From Promethearchaeia archaeon (GTDB lineage Archaea; Asgardarchaeota; Lokiarchaeia; Sigyniarchaeales; SOKP01), in assembly GCA_046483985.1 (NCBI GenBank), contig JAWOCD010000052.1, forward strand, positions 1-64,000: a DNA stretch of 64,000 nucleotides, read 5' to 3'. Shown here piece by piece: positions 36,675-47,052 of the stretch (the stretch's first letter is position 1; the number at the start of each line of letters is the position of its first letter). A program made the position numbers and the translations under genes. The notes beneath the pieces were generated by a model. It saw nothing but the letters and a program-made list of their open reading frames with translations. It made no database searches and was not told where the DNA came from.

Positions 36675-38513
36675 ATGAAAACCTTAAATTTAAATGGAAC
36701 ATGGCAATATCTTGACGATAAAGATGGAGAGGGGATGGACGAGAAGTGGTATTTACCTCAAAATATCAAAAATCTCGAGAATACTATGGGTTCCATTGAT
36801 ATTCCCAAAAGCTTTAATATATTGGAGGGATTTAAATTATACGAGGGTCCTTTTTGGCACTTTCGAACACTTGATATCCCCCCTTCCACCTCTATTGACA
36901 ACGATACTGATCTTTTTATCAAATTCAATGGGGCAAATTATCTCACGAAAGTATGGTTAAATGGACAGTATCTTGGCGAGCATAAAGGAGGATTTGTCCC
37001 CTTTCGTTTCAAGATAAATTCTGCTCTCAAGGAATCAAATAATCTACTTGTGGTGATGACCGATAATACCCGTAAACACGGACAAGTACCAGACCTCTCG
37101 TTTGATTGGTTTAATTACGGCGGGATTTATCGTGATGTGGAACTATTAGCTTTAAATAAGAATCGAGTGGAAGATGTGGTTGTCAAAACAAAAGTGGACA
37201 CGCAGACCGAGGCAATAATCAATGTAAGCTTTACAATTCATGGAAGCCTTCCGTTTACTTGGCAGATTCTGGATACCGACAAAGAAATGACTCTTTTTGA
37301 GGGGAGGTTTTCAAAAATCTCCGAGCAAGGTAATTTTTCGGTTACTTTAACCAATCCTAAACTTTGGTCACCGCGATCCCCTCATCTCTACTATCTCCGA
37401 TTCTTTAATACCTCAGGCGCGGTAATTTATGAGACTCATTTTGGTATCCGAGAAATTGAAGTACAGGGGAATTACGTGTATTTGAACAAGCGCAGAATCT
37501 ACATGAGAGGGGTCAGCCTCCACGAGGAACAAGTCCCTTACGGTCGGACTATACCCTATGAGAAGAGGGAAGAAGACATAAGAAATATGAAACAGATTGG
37601 ATTTAATGCCTTGCGTACGGCACATTATTCTCACGACGAATCACTCATTGAAATTGCCGATAGGCTGGGGTTATTAATTCTAGAAGAGATTCCGGTATAT
37701 TGGGCATGTGATTTTAAAAGCAATGAAGTTTTCAAGACCGCCGCAAGGATGGCTCGGAGTTTGATAAAACGGGACATTAATCACCCGAGTGTAGTTTGGT
37801 GGAGCGTGGGAAATGAAGTTCCCATTGAACGGTTAGAATGTGCGCGGTTTATGAGACGACTAATGGAGTGGGTAAGACGATTTGATGATACCCGAATAGT
37901 TACTTATGTATCTAATAAAATGATCTGCGATTTAACGAAGCGCTATGCCGATATTGCGGCTATTAATCTTTATTTCGGCTGGTATTACGGAAGCCCAAAA
38001 ATGGTGAGTACAGTCTTAGATGTCATACGGGCACCCATTCTTAATCAAAAACCCGTTTTTTATACCGAATTCGGTGCAGGAGCAAAATATGGTTATAGAC
38101 CCGGCTGGGAACTTCAAAAGAGATTCAGCGAAGAGAAACAATTATATGTGTTGGATTACACCATTCGAACCTTAAATTCTAAGCCTTATTTAGCGGGCTG
38201 GTTTATCTGGATCTATAGAGATTTCCGATCTTTCCTCAGACAGAATGAGTATCAGCAAGGATTTAATCGAAAGGGGATCGTAAGTGAACGGAATGAGAAA
38301 AAGCTTATCAGTTACCGTATTCCGCAGATTTTGAATAAAAAGCGTAAGTTAACGAATACCAAATATCTGGGGATTCTCTTATGGATTGTTCTTTATCCGT
38401 TTGCCTTTTTGTTTACCTATCTTATGGACTTATTAATGAAGTTTGGGCAGCAAAGGCGGATACAAGAGGGAAAAGAAAAGGAAAAGGCTCGTCTTGAGAG
38501 ATCCAAAACTTAA
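36675..38513 (+). CDS. GH2 beta-glucuronidase/beta-galactosidase-like enzyme with C-terminal hydrophobic helix
   Basis: WFNYGGIYRDV, LWSP..P.LY, RTAHY, WSVGNE (acid/base) and TEFGA (nucleophile). Confidence 0.92.
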   Translation: MKTLNLNGTWQYLDDKDGEGMDEKWYLPQNIKNLENTMGSIDIPKSFNILEGFKLYEGPFWHFRTLDIPPSTSIDNDTDLFIKFNGANYLTKVWLNGQYLGEHKGGFVPFRFKINSALKESNNLLVVMTDNTRKHGQVPDLSFDWFNYGGIYRDVELLALNKNRVEDVVVKTKVDTQTEAIINVSFTIHGSLPFTWQILDTDKEMTLFEGRFSKISEQGNFSVTLTNPKLWSPRSPHLYYLRFFNTSGAVIYETHFGIREIEVQGNYVYLNKRRIYMRGVSLHEEQVPYGRTIPYEKREEDIRNMKQIGFNALRTAHYSHDESLIEIADRLGLLILEEIPVYWACDFKSNEVFKTAARMARSLIKRDINHPSVVWWSVGNEVPIERLECARFMRRLMEWVRRFDDTRIVTYVSNKMICDLTKRYADIAAINLYFGWYYGSPKMVSTVLDVIRAPILNQKPVFYTEFGAGAKYGYRPGWELQKRFSEEKQLYVLDYTIRTLNSKPYLAGWFIWIYRDFRSFLRQNEYQQGFNRKGIVSERNEKKLISYRIPQILNKKRKLTNTKYLGILLWIVLYPFAFLFTYLMDLLMKFGQQRRIQEGKEKEKARLERSKT

Positions 38514-38687
38514 ATTGTAATACTCCAATTCTTGATTTAAATTTTTAAAAGTTTAAATTTTTTAATTTTTTTTTTCGTATAGGATTTACTATTGGTTTTT
38601 TGAAAAATAAATAATGTAAATAGTTAAATATGGAAGGAGATCATTTTTTATAATAAGGAAGTATTAAAACAGAAAAATGCGATTAAA

Positions 38688-39797
38688 ATGAAAACGAAAT
38701 CTGACTTGGCGAAGTTATTTGAGAAGTATCTCTATGCAGCAAACGAGCTTAAAAAGAGCGCGTTTGTTTCAGAGATCATTGAGGAGGTGTTTTCAAATGG
38801 GTTTGACGCTGAAAGTATCCAGTTTTTTGCCACCAAGTTCAAAAAAGACAAAAAACAAACCCTCATCAAGGATATTTTTCAAGAACTCGAAAATGCTGAT
38901 AAATTCTACGAAGTGAAGATCCTCAATACCTTAACCAGTTTTCTACTTGAAACAACCTTGCTAATTCAAGACCAGATTTTGCCGGTCTATTTTGAAAATT
39001 TCCAAGCTGAGAGCGATTTTCGCATTGTATTTAAGACGGAGCAAATTTTTGTTGACCATTGGGATAATTTTAGCGATAAGCTCAAGAAACGCGTGTTTCG
39101 GGAGTTTTTGACCGTGCTTGAGAATCCGTTGGATTTCTTTATTGAGGAGGGGGTCTATGAGATATTAAAGATAATTTTGAAATCAAAAGCCTCCGGCGAG
39201 TATGAAACCGATCTGTTTACCATGCAAGAACTCGAAAATTTGGTGAAAAAGTTAATAAAAGTTGCAAAAAAGAAGAAAAAAGATACGCTCTACGCCGTAT
39301 TTGAGTCGATTAAACGGATTCTTCGGGAGTATCCCTCCTTAGTTAGTCAAGAGATTTATGATTTACTTTATCCATTTTTCCGAAAATTTAAATATCGAAT
39401 CGCCTATTTTTATCCCGCACGCAGGCGGTATATCAAGATGGGGGTTTCGTTTCTGGAATTAATGCTTCTTTTTGAACCAAAATTTTGCGATTCAGACTAT
39501 ATCCAATATATGAATTCCATTCTCGGGAAAATGGCCAAGAAAGTGGACCATGCCGATGTCAGAAACTTTCTTCAATTGATCTTGACCATTCTTAAAAAAT
39601 CGGAGCATATGCCCATCTTAAAGATTATTAATCCTGCCCTTGAGGTTTTGAAAGAAGTTACGCAGAAAAAGGAGCGCTTGGATACCTACACCAACGAACT
39701 GCTCCGTGAGATCTTTGATATCATTTGGCCGCATTTACCGGAAGAGCAAAAATCGGAATTTTTTGATACTATTACCCCTGAGAATTCGAGGATATGA
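38688..39797 (+). CDS. Hypothetical all-helical (HEAT/ARM-like) protein
   Basis: 369-aa ORF of amphipathic helices with no catalytic motif recognised. Confidence 0.6.
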   Translation: MKTKSDLAKLFEKYLYAANELKKSAFVSEIIEEVFSNGFDAESIQFFATKFKKDKKQTLIKDIFQELENADKFYEVKILNTLTSFLLETTLLIQDQILPVYFENFQAESDFRIVFKTEQIFVDHWDNFSDKLKKRVFREFLTVLENPLDFFIEEGVYEILKIILKSKASGEYETDLFTMQELENLVKKLIKVAKKKKKDTLYAVFESIKRILREYPSLVSQEIYDLLYPFFRKFKYRIAYFYPARRRYIKMGVSFLELMLLFEPKFCDSDYIQYMNSILGKMAKKVDHADVRNFLQLILTILKKSEHMPILKIINPALEVLKEVTQKKERLDTYTNELLREIFDIIWPHLPEEQKSEFFDTITPENSRI

Positions 39798-39825
39798 TTA
39801 TAAATTAGAAGAAAATAATGATTCT

Positions 39826-39931
39826 GCCGTAGGGACTAAGGTGAATGCGTTTGGAGAGGATGTCAGACTAATGTTATGTTAGCAATCTTCGATGAATTAC
39901 GAATCTACGCCATTTATGGCGTGGTAGTTTA
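39826..39931 (+). mobile_element. tnpB-element right end / omegaRNA-like remnant without tnpB
   Basis: GCCGTAGGGACT...TGCGTTTGGAGAGGATGTCAGAC...CGATGAA...GAATCTACGCCATTTATGGCGTGGTAGTTTA, with terminal hairpin and a TAGTTCA-like end. Confidence 0.75.
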
Positions 39932-40113
39932 AGGAAAACAGTAATAGATATTAATCAATTATTAAAGTTCTCATAGGCAATAACTTGAGATAATTAGGTT
40001 ATAAATATATTCATAATGACTCATTTGATTTTCTTTCTAATTTATGATTTATAAAAACCAAATTCAAATATTTCTTTAAATAAGATATATTAAAATAGAA
40101 AGGTGTTATTAAT

Positions 40114-40617
40114 ATGTCAAAAACAGAAAAAGACCTAAAGGAAGCATTTGCCGGAGAATCACAAGCAAACCGGAAATATCTCGCATATGCAGAAAAAGCA
40201 GAAAAGGACGGATTCACACAGGTTGCGAAGGTATTTCGAGCTGCTGCCGCCGCGGAAACTGTACATGCTCACAATCATTTTCGAGCAATGGAAGGAATAC
40301 AATCGACAGAAGAAAATATTAAGGACGCAATCGAAGGAGAGCATTATGAATTTTCTGAAATGTACCCCGAGTTCCTCGAAGATGCGAAAGAGGAGGGAAA
40401 TAAAAGAGCCGAAAGATCATTTGATTATGCAAATCAAGTAGAAAAGGTTCATCATAAATTATATAAAAGTGCATTAGAAGCGGTTCAAGGAGGGAAAGAT
40501 TTAGAAGAAAAAGAAATGTATGTCTGTCCCGTCTGCGGATATACCCATGAGGGAGATCTCCCTGAAAAATGTCCGGTCTGTGGGGCAAAGAGACATCTCT
40601 TTAACAAAGTCGAATAA
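40114..40617 (+). CDS. rbr: Rubrerythrin
   Basis: AFAGESQA, ETVHA, EKVH and a C-terminal CPVC...CPVC rubredoxin site. Confidence 0.95.
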   Translation: MSKTEKDLKEAFAGESQANRKYLAYAEKAEKDGFTQVAKVFRAAAAAETVHAHNHFRAMEGIQSTEENIKDAIEGEHYEFSEMYPEFLEDAKEEGNKRAERSFDYANQVEKVHHKLYKSALEAVQGGKDLEEKEMYVCPVCGYTHEGDLPEKCPVCGAKRHLFNKVE

Positions 40618-40688
40618 AAATCCTAATTATTTGAAATCCCAAGAAATTCTTTTTTTCATTTAAATATTTTTTTCTTTTCTGCTTTTGT

Positions 40689-42302
40689 CTATAAATTTGG
40701 ATTATTCGGGTATTCTAACTTCCATGGAATATATCCGCTTTTTATTTTAAGAAGATACTCATCGATAGAAAATTGGTTCTCATTTAAAACCCTCCGCAAT
40801 GAACCAAAATTTGCCCCATATGTGTAATATTTTGTTAAAATCCGAGAGACATGTCTATCTCCCAAAGAGAAAAGCGTTTGGAGACGGGCTTGTTTTATGA
40901 TCTTTTTTGCTTTACTGAATTTTGTCTTCACAGACGTAAGGTTTTCTAGTCCATCTTGCAGAATGCTATATTTCTCTACAAAAGAGCTTAGATTTTTACT
41001 TAAATACCAATCTGTATAGGATTGGAAAGGTGTATTTAATTTCGGGACGAAAGGATTTATACTAACTCTCAGCGCATTCCTTTTAAACCCAAATGTATCT
41101 ATCTCTTTTATAAACTGTACGATTTTCCTGACATCCTCCAAATTTTCATTTGGGAGTCCGATCAAGAAATAAAATTTCACATTCCGGATTTGAGAATTCT
41201 TAATTTGCTTTAAAGTACTAAATATGAGATCATCCTTAATCTTCTTTCCTAGCTTAAATCTTAAACGCTCGGAGCCTGCCTCTGGTGCGATAGTCACAGT
41301 TTTTACATTTGCTTGTCCTAACAAACTGATTAATTCTTGAGTCAAGTGTTCCACTCGTATCGACGGAATACTAAATTGCATTCCCGCCTCTAAAATATAC
41401 TGGCATATGTCATGAAAGTGCGGATGACCAGTGACACAAGATCCGATTAGACTGATTTTCTCAATATGGGGATTTTCTTTTATGCTATCAATGATATGCT
41501 TAATTTGTGTAAGACTTCTATTTCGAAAGGGATAATTATGGAAGGAAGAGATACAGAAATTGCATCGAAATGGACACCCTCGATTCACTTCCAATAAGAA
41601 GCTCTTCTCAAATATTGTTCCGCTGCTCCTTCTGCTCTTAATAATTTGACTGCGCGGGACTTTCGATGTATTTAAATCCTTAAGTACTTGTCGTTGGGTC
41701 TGATTGTTTAATTCGGAAATATAAATCCCTTGTAGTTTGGATACTTGCTCGATAAACAATTCATAATTGCCATGTCCACGGTATTTTGCAAACAAAGAGA
41801 AAAAATCCTTCGCGATCGGTTCTGCATCTCCTATAAAAAACATATCAATGATTTGAGTAAGGGGGAGGGGATTTGATGTGATGGCGGGCCCGCCAGCTAT
41901 AAGGAGTGGATAAGATTTTCCAGTTTGATTTTTAATGTGTTGTCGTTTTTCCCGTTCCAAGGGAATTTCCAGCTTTTCTAAAAACCAGAGAATATTCCGA
42001 AAATCATTCTCATACGGCACGGAAAATCCGAGTATATCAAACTTTAGGGGAAAGATCGAATGTTCTTGACTATGTAACTTTTTCAATGGGGAATAATCCC
42101 GGGAGGCGGGAAATGTGATATGATCAGGTAAAAAGATTCGTTCGCATTGTAAGAAAGGAAACTCGTTGAGAAAATGATAAAGTAACCGGATAGAATAAGA
42201 AGACATTCCCACTGATATTTTATTCGGGTAAATTAGTCCGAATAATATCTTTTGCTTTTGGGACTGCGAGTTGCTATTCTTAAGGTTTTTCCCCTTTCTC
42301 AT
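40689..42302 (-). CDS. Radical SAM protein (B12-binding-like N-terminal domain)
   Basis: RGCPFRCNFC (CxxxCxxC), AGGP...NP.P, TIAPEAGSERLR and FVPK..TPF. Confidence 0.9.
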   Translation of the reverse strand: MRKGKNLKNSNSQSQKQKILFGLIYPNKISVGMSSYSIRLLYHFLNEFPFLQCERIFLPDHITFPASRDYSPLKKLHSQEHSIFPLKFDILGFSVPYENDFRNILWFLEKLEIPLEREKRQHIKNQTGKSYPLLIAGGPAITSNPLPLTQIIDMFFIGDAEPIAKDFFSLFAKYRGHGNYELFIEQVSKLQGIYISELNNQTQRQVLKDLNTSKVPRSQIIKSRRSSGTIFEKSFLLEVNRGCPFRCNFCISSFHNYPFRNRSLTQIKHIIDSIKENPHIEKISLIGSCVTGHPHFHDICQYILEAGMQFSIPSIRVEHLTQELISLLGQANVKTVTIAPEAGSERLRFKLGKKIKDDLIFSTLKQIKNSQIRNVKFYFLIGLPNENLEDVRKIVQFIKEIDTFGFKRNALRVSINPFVPKLNTPFQSYTDWYLSKNLSSFVEKYSILQDGLENLTSVKTKFSKAKKIIKQARLQTLFSLGDRHVSRILTKYYTYGANFGSLRRVLNENQFSIDEYLLKIKSGYIPWKLEYPNNPNL

Positions 42303-43083
42303 GTTCTTGCAATTTTTTAATTTCTTCGACTATAAAAGGTAAGATAACTCCCGTTTTATGGTGAATTACCACTTCTGCTTTATCGTCCATTGGAGTTTTA
42401 CGTTCATTTACAATTACTAGTTTTCCTCCGCTTGCAACCGTTCTTAAGGGAAGATCGGATGCTGGTGCGACAGATAAAGATGATCCGGCAATAAGCATAA
42501 CATCTGCCTTTTCAGACAAAGCTTGGGATTGGTATATCTCGAAAGTGGGTAAACTCTCTCCAAATAAAACTACTGACGGTTTTAAAGGAGATGTGCACAC
42601 ATCACAGCGTGGTGGGTACTGTTTTTTTTTCTTTAATTTTCGCATTACTTGACTTTTGGTATAACTTGCTCTACAACCAAAACAAGCAAAACGGTTTATG
42701 TTTCCATGAAGTTCATAAACCAAAACAGACCCCGCTTTTTGATGTAATCCGTCAATATTTTGAGTGATTAATCCGTCCAAGATCTCCATCTTCTCAAGTT
42801 CTGCTAATGCTTTATGACCGGGGTTAGGCTCCGCATCGAATAAAGTGGGTGCGATTTCTTCTGCCATTTCCCAGAATTTTGACGGATCTTTGAGAAAACT
42901 TTTGATATTCCCGTAGACCTTTGGCTTATATTTTTCCCAAATCCCTCCTTCACCGCGAAAGTCTGGAATTCCAGACTCTGTTGACACCCCAGCTCCCGTT
43001 AATGCAATCGCTTGGTCAGCATCGTATAACAATTGAGCAGCATGCTTGATTTTTTTTCTCTCTAGTAACTTTAATATCTTCAT
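42280..43083 (-). CDS. cobB: Sir2/CobB NAD-dependent protein deacylase
   Basis: GAGVSTESGIPDFRG, TQNIDGLHQKAG, HG and two CxxC pairs. Confidence 0.95.
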   Translation of the reverse strand: MKILKLLERKKIKHAAQLLYDADQAIALTGAGVSTESGIPDFRGEGGIWEKYKPKVYGNIKSFLKDPSKFWEMAEEIAPTLFDAEPNPGHKALAELEKMEILDGLITQNIDGLHQKAGSVLVYELHGNINRFACFGCRASYTKSQVMRKLKKKKQYPPRCDVCTSPLKPSVVLFGESLPTFEIYQSQALSEKADVMLIAGSSLSVAPASDLPLRTVASGGKLVIVNERKTPMDDKAEVVIHHKTGVILPFIVEEIKKLQEHEKGEKP

Positions 43084-43222
43084 CGTTTAAACCAATAATT
43101 CCATGTTATTGAGATGAAATAACTTAATAATAAAAATAGAAAAGAATTAAAATGTTTTAATATTTTACCTTGTAAGAAGATTTTTCTGTTTATTTAATTT
43201 AAAACCCTTTAGAACGCTTTCT

Positions 43223-44113
43223 ATGATAACAGGATTTAGTATCATCTATGAAGATGAGATTCTATATGTTTCAAATGAATCCAAGTATACTTCTTTTGAG
43301 ATTATCTTATTTATTGAAAAATTAATCAGCAGTATAAATCCTAAAAGAACATGGCATCTAAGCAGTATTATATTTGAAGGTTTTCACTTCGGAAAAGAAA
43401 GCATGGCTATCAAGCACGTTATCACCGAAAAAGATGAAAACCTCTTTTTCTGTATTGATGGCGATTTTTCTCCATTATCAGAGAAAGCACGAAAAATGGT
43501 CAATGAATTTCGATCAAAGATTAAAAAGCTTTACAAAACGCCGGCGAACTTGAAAAAAGCGTCTCAAAAACAGATTTTTAAAGAAATCATTGAGCCGATT
43601 ACCGACCATTTATGGGACAAATATGATGAGGAAATAGAAGAAGAGGTCGAGCCTCGAACGGATACTTCTGGAAAGAGTAACATTTTATACACCGGGGTTT
43701 CTGCTCAAGGGCTTCCTATTATTTCCCAACTTTATGATAAGTCATTATTAGACAATCTTGATAAAAAAATTACCGATGAAAATGTGGATCTTTTTAGTTC
43801 CGATATTTCTGCAAAACTTGCCACAATTGCAATGAATACGGCCATCCGAGCAAAAACGAATATTAAAGAAATTCATATCCAAGATCGGGAACAAGAGCAC
43901 GGTCAAAAACTTATTCTTTATGGGAAGATAAATGACTATTCGTTGGATTTTTTTGCTTCGGGCGATTATTACGAGGTATTAGAAGTCTTTGAAAAGCTAA
44001 AAGAAAGGCTTTTACAAGAAGGAATTTTACAAGAAGAGTTTCAAGGGCAATTAAAAGAATATAAACCTCTAAAATCGGTTATCGATGAATCGATAAGAAT
44101 ATTAGACAATTAA
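43223..44113 (+). CDS. Hypothetical protein, putative tandem longin/roadblock-like domains
   Basis: Two halves of about 140 aa, each with a beta-beta-alpha-beta-beta-beta-alpha pattern; the second begins ILYTGVSAQGLPIISQLY. Confidence 0.55.
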   Translation: MITGFSIIYEDEILYVSNESKYTSFEIILFIEKLISSINPKRTWHLSSIIFEGFHFGKESMAIKHVITEKDENLFFCIDGDFSPLSEKARKMVNEFRSKIKKLYKTPANLKKASQKQIFKEIIEPITDHLWDKYDEEIEEEVEPRTDTSGKSNILYTGVSAQGLPIISQLYDKSLLDNLDKKITDENVDLFSSDISAKLATIAMNTAIRAKTNIKEIHIQDREQEHGQKLILYGKINDYSLDFFASGDYYEVLEVFEKLKERLLQEGILQEEFQGQLKEYKPLKSVIDESIRILDN

Positions 44114-44172
44114 CATAAGATTGTCGTTTCGTTATATAAAAAATTAAATATTATCTCCTCTTAGATTTAGAT

Positions 44173-45471
44173 ATGAAAGCTGTTATCTTAGCTGCTGGAG
44201 AAGGGAAACGATTAAGACCGATTACCTTAACCCGACCCAAGCCTTTAATCCCTCTAGCGGGGAAACCGTTGTTAGAGCATACAATAAAAGGTCTTAAAGC
44301 ATCGGGCATCACCGAGATTTTGCTTATTGTGGGTTACAGAGAGGAAATGATACGAGATTATTTTGGAAATGGATCAGATCTGGGAGTTTCTATTTCCTAT
44401 AAGATTCAAGAGGAATATCTGGGCACAGCTCATGCTACGAGTTACGCGAAAGAATTTGTAGGTGACGATGAATTTTTGCTTATGTATGGAGACCTTTTGA
44501 TTGATCCCCAAATATTTAAGGATGTAGTCGAACGATACAAAAAGAATGATTGTGATGGATTAATTAGTTTGCTACGTGTAGAAAATCCTGAGGCGTATGG
44601 TATTATCACCCTAAACGAGGGGGGATATGTAGAAAAGATTACAGAGAAGCCCTCCCCTGAGAGGAATTTAGGGAATTTAGCTAATGCCGGTATCTATATC
44701 TTCAACTCCCGAATTTTTCGCGCCATCGAATTAACAGAAAAATCTGTTCGAGATGAATATGAATTAACAGACTCGATGGAGATTTTAATCCATCAATTAG
44801 AGGGCAATATTATTGGATATATCATTAAAGATAAATTTTGGAATGATATTGGCTTACCTTGGCAATTGTTGGAAGCAAACTCGTACCTTTTAACGAAATT
44901 AAAGAGAGAAATCAAAGGAGATATCCAAAAAAATGTCACAATTGAAGGGAACGTGTATATTGGAGAAAATACAAATGTGAGAGCGGGATCTTATATTAAA
45001 GGGCCATGTTATATCGGAAAAGACAATCTGATCGGTCCCAACGCCTTTATTCGACCAAATTCTTTCATAGCGGATGGATGTCACATTGGGATGTCTGAAG
45101 TGAAGAATTCAATTGTCTTAGCCGATACTGCAGTTCCACACTTTAATTATGTGGGAGATTCTATTCTCTGCGAAGGAATAAACTTAGGTGCAGGAACAAA
45201 AATAGCGAATCTCCGATTTGACAACGAAAGTGTCCATGTGCATGTGAAAGGTAAAAGCGTTGATTCATTACGCCGGAAATTGGGTGCAATCATTGGGCCT
45301 AAGGTTAAAACGGGTATAAATGTAAGCATTATGTGCGGTAAGAAAATAGGTCAAAATAGTTATATTGGGGCTCATACGTTAGTCAATGAAGATGTCCCTT
45401 CTAATCAATTATTTTATCAAGATCCCCAAAAAGACTTAGTTTTTAAAACCAAGGAACAAAAAAAGGTCTAA
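44173..45471 (+). CDS. glmU: Bifunctional sugar-1-phosphate nucleotidylyltransferase/acetyltransferase (archaeal GlmU-like)
   Basis: LAAGEGKRLRP, hexapeptide repeats, EVKNS, PHFNYVGDS and NLGAGT..ANLR. Confidence 0.88.
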   Translation: MKAVILAAGEGKRLRPITLTRPKPLIPLAGKPLLEHTIKGLKASGITEILLIVGYREEMIRDYFGNGSDLGVSISYKIQEEYLGTAHATSYAKEFVGDDEFLLMYGDLLIDPQIFKDVVERYKKNDCDGLISLLRVENPEAYGIITLNEGGYVEKITEKPSPERNLGNLANAGIYIFNSRIFRAIELTEKSVRDEYELTDSMEILIHQLEGNIIGYIIKDKFWNDIGLPWQLLEANSYLLTKLKREIKGDIQKNVTIEGNVYIGENTNVRAGSYIKGPCYIGKDNLIGPNAFIRPNSFIADGCHIGMSEVKNSIVLADTAVPHFNYVGDSILCEGINLGAGTKIANLRFDNESVHVHVKGKSVDSLRRKLGAIIGPKVKTGINVSIMCGKKIGQNSYIGAHTLVNEDVPSNQLFYQDPQKDLVFKTKEQKKV

Positions 45472-45531
45472 GAATTTTTAATTCATTTTTCTAATAAAAT
45501 AAGAATAGAGAAAAAGTTTAAAAAATCGTTC

Positions 45532-46413
45532 TTAATCTTCCTCTTCGGAAGATTTTTCGCTTTTTTGTTCTTCAGTAATCTCCTCTTCCCCCTGGTCCTC
45601 TTTTTTTTCCTCGCCATCCTCTTCTTTTTCTTCTTTTTCTTCTTTTTCTTCTTTCTTCTCTTTATCAGTTTTTCTTTTTCTTCCTTTGCGAGAATACTTT
45701 CTTACATTAATTCGTTCTGTTCGCTTGATTTCGGACTTCCGGGTGCGGGGAACATCAACTTCTACCACGTCAAAATCTTCATCGGGTACCACCTTATCTT
45801 CTCCGCCTTCTGGAATTTTAACCAACTTGCTCTTAATTACTGTAGAGCTTGATAAGGGATAAATGGTCTTTGAAACACGTTCAATTTGGCTGCCAAACTC
45901 CCCCTTAATCATCCCCCGAACGAATTTTTCGTGGTTTAATGACTTCGCAAACTCATTTAAAATATCATACATTATTTTGCGAATTACATGCATTTGGGAG
46001 CTTCGTGCTTTTTTAATGGTGACGCAGACTCCTGTAAGTCGGTATTTAAAATCGTCTTTTGTGGTAAAATTTTTAATAATTTGAATCTTTGAGGCATTAG
46101 ATCCGACAAGAGAGCGGACATAATCACTGGTATATTCATGCCCCATAAATACGCTTGAGCATTGTTTTGCGGTCTCATTGATATCCGTGATTTTAAAATT
46201 TAATTTGAGGTTTATGTCGTCATAATCATTTGTAAAATCAAATAATAATGTATCAAGAGTTCGTCCAACTATATTTCCTTTTCTTCCGATAATTTGACCG
46301 ATCTCTTCTTTGTCAAAACTTTTAGGGGCGATAACGGTATACCAAGACTTATCCTTATAAACCTTCTTCTGTTTTCCTCCTCTCTTTTTTTTTCCTTTCC
46401 TTCTTTTACTCAT
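45532..46413 (-). CDS. rps3ae: 30S ribosomal protein S3Ae (eS1) with charged C-terminal extension
   Basis: K.WY.V.AP, GR, DYVRSLV, TKD and IYPL motifs. Confidence 0.93.
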   Translation of the reverse strand: MSKRRKGKKKRGGKQKKVYKDKSWYTVIAPKSFDKEEIGQIIGRKGNIVGRTLDTLLFDFTNDYDDINLKLNFKITDINETAKQCSSVFMGHEYTSDYVRSLVGSNASKIQIIKNFTTKDDFKYRLTGVCVTIKKARSSQMHVIRKIMYDILNEFAKSLNHEKFVRGMIKGEFGSQIERVSKTIYPLSSSTVIKSKLVKIPEGGEDKVVPDEDFDVVEVDVPRTRKSEIKRTERINVRKYSRKGRKRKTDKEKKEEKEEKEEKEEDGEEKKEDQGEEEITEEQKSEKSSEEED

Positions 46414-46452
46414 CTTAATATCAATTTAACTTTTTTTCTTTTCATTTACTGT

Positions 46453-46911
46453 TTATCTTGCAACTAAAGTCCGGATTTCGTCTGGCTTGTATTTGAAATC
46501 AGGGGCTAATACACCTTCATCCTTGTAATAATTAACTAACCGATAAATTTTTGCTTCCGTTCGTATAAGTCCCTTTTTACTATCCCAATCTTTATCATTC
46601 TCTTCGAGATGTTCGCGAATTTTCAATGCTTTTTTAACGAGGTTTGTTAAATCTTCGGGGAGTGCAGACTCAATACCATTTTCCTCCAAGATTTCACCGA
46701 TCTTTTTACCGGTGATCACTTTTACCAGGGGAATACCGTAGGAGTCTCTTAGAACTACCCCTATCTGGGACTTAGGTAATCCTTTTCGAGCTAATTTCAC
46801 CACTAAATTTTCCACTTCTTCAGCAGATCGTTCAGCCCATACAGGTCGTTCTAACCGGGAAGGTCTTGTAGAGTGACTTTTTCCTTTATTGCGACTATGT
46901 AAGCGTGCCAT
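46453..46911 (-). CDS. rps15: 30S ribosomal protein S15 (uS15)
   Basis: MARLHSR.KGKS.S, IG.VLRD.YGIP, PEDL..L and E.KI.RL..YY. Confidence 0.97.
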   Translation of the reverse strand: MARLHSRNKGKSHSTRPSRLERPVWAERSAEEVENLVVKLARKGLPKSQIGVVLRDSYGIPLVKVITGKKIGEILEENGIESALPEDLTNLVKKALKIREHLEENDKDWDSKKGLIRTEAKIYRLVNYYKDEGVLAPDFKYKPDEIRTLVAR

Positions 46912-47052
46912 TTAAATCATTTTCTGTAAACATTGTTTAAAATATAATAAAACAATTAGAGTTACTACTAACTTAATCTATTAAAAGAAGCAAATTAAAT
47001 AAAATTTTGTAAATAAAAGTTTAGTATAGGGTAAAAAATAGAATAAAGCTTA

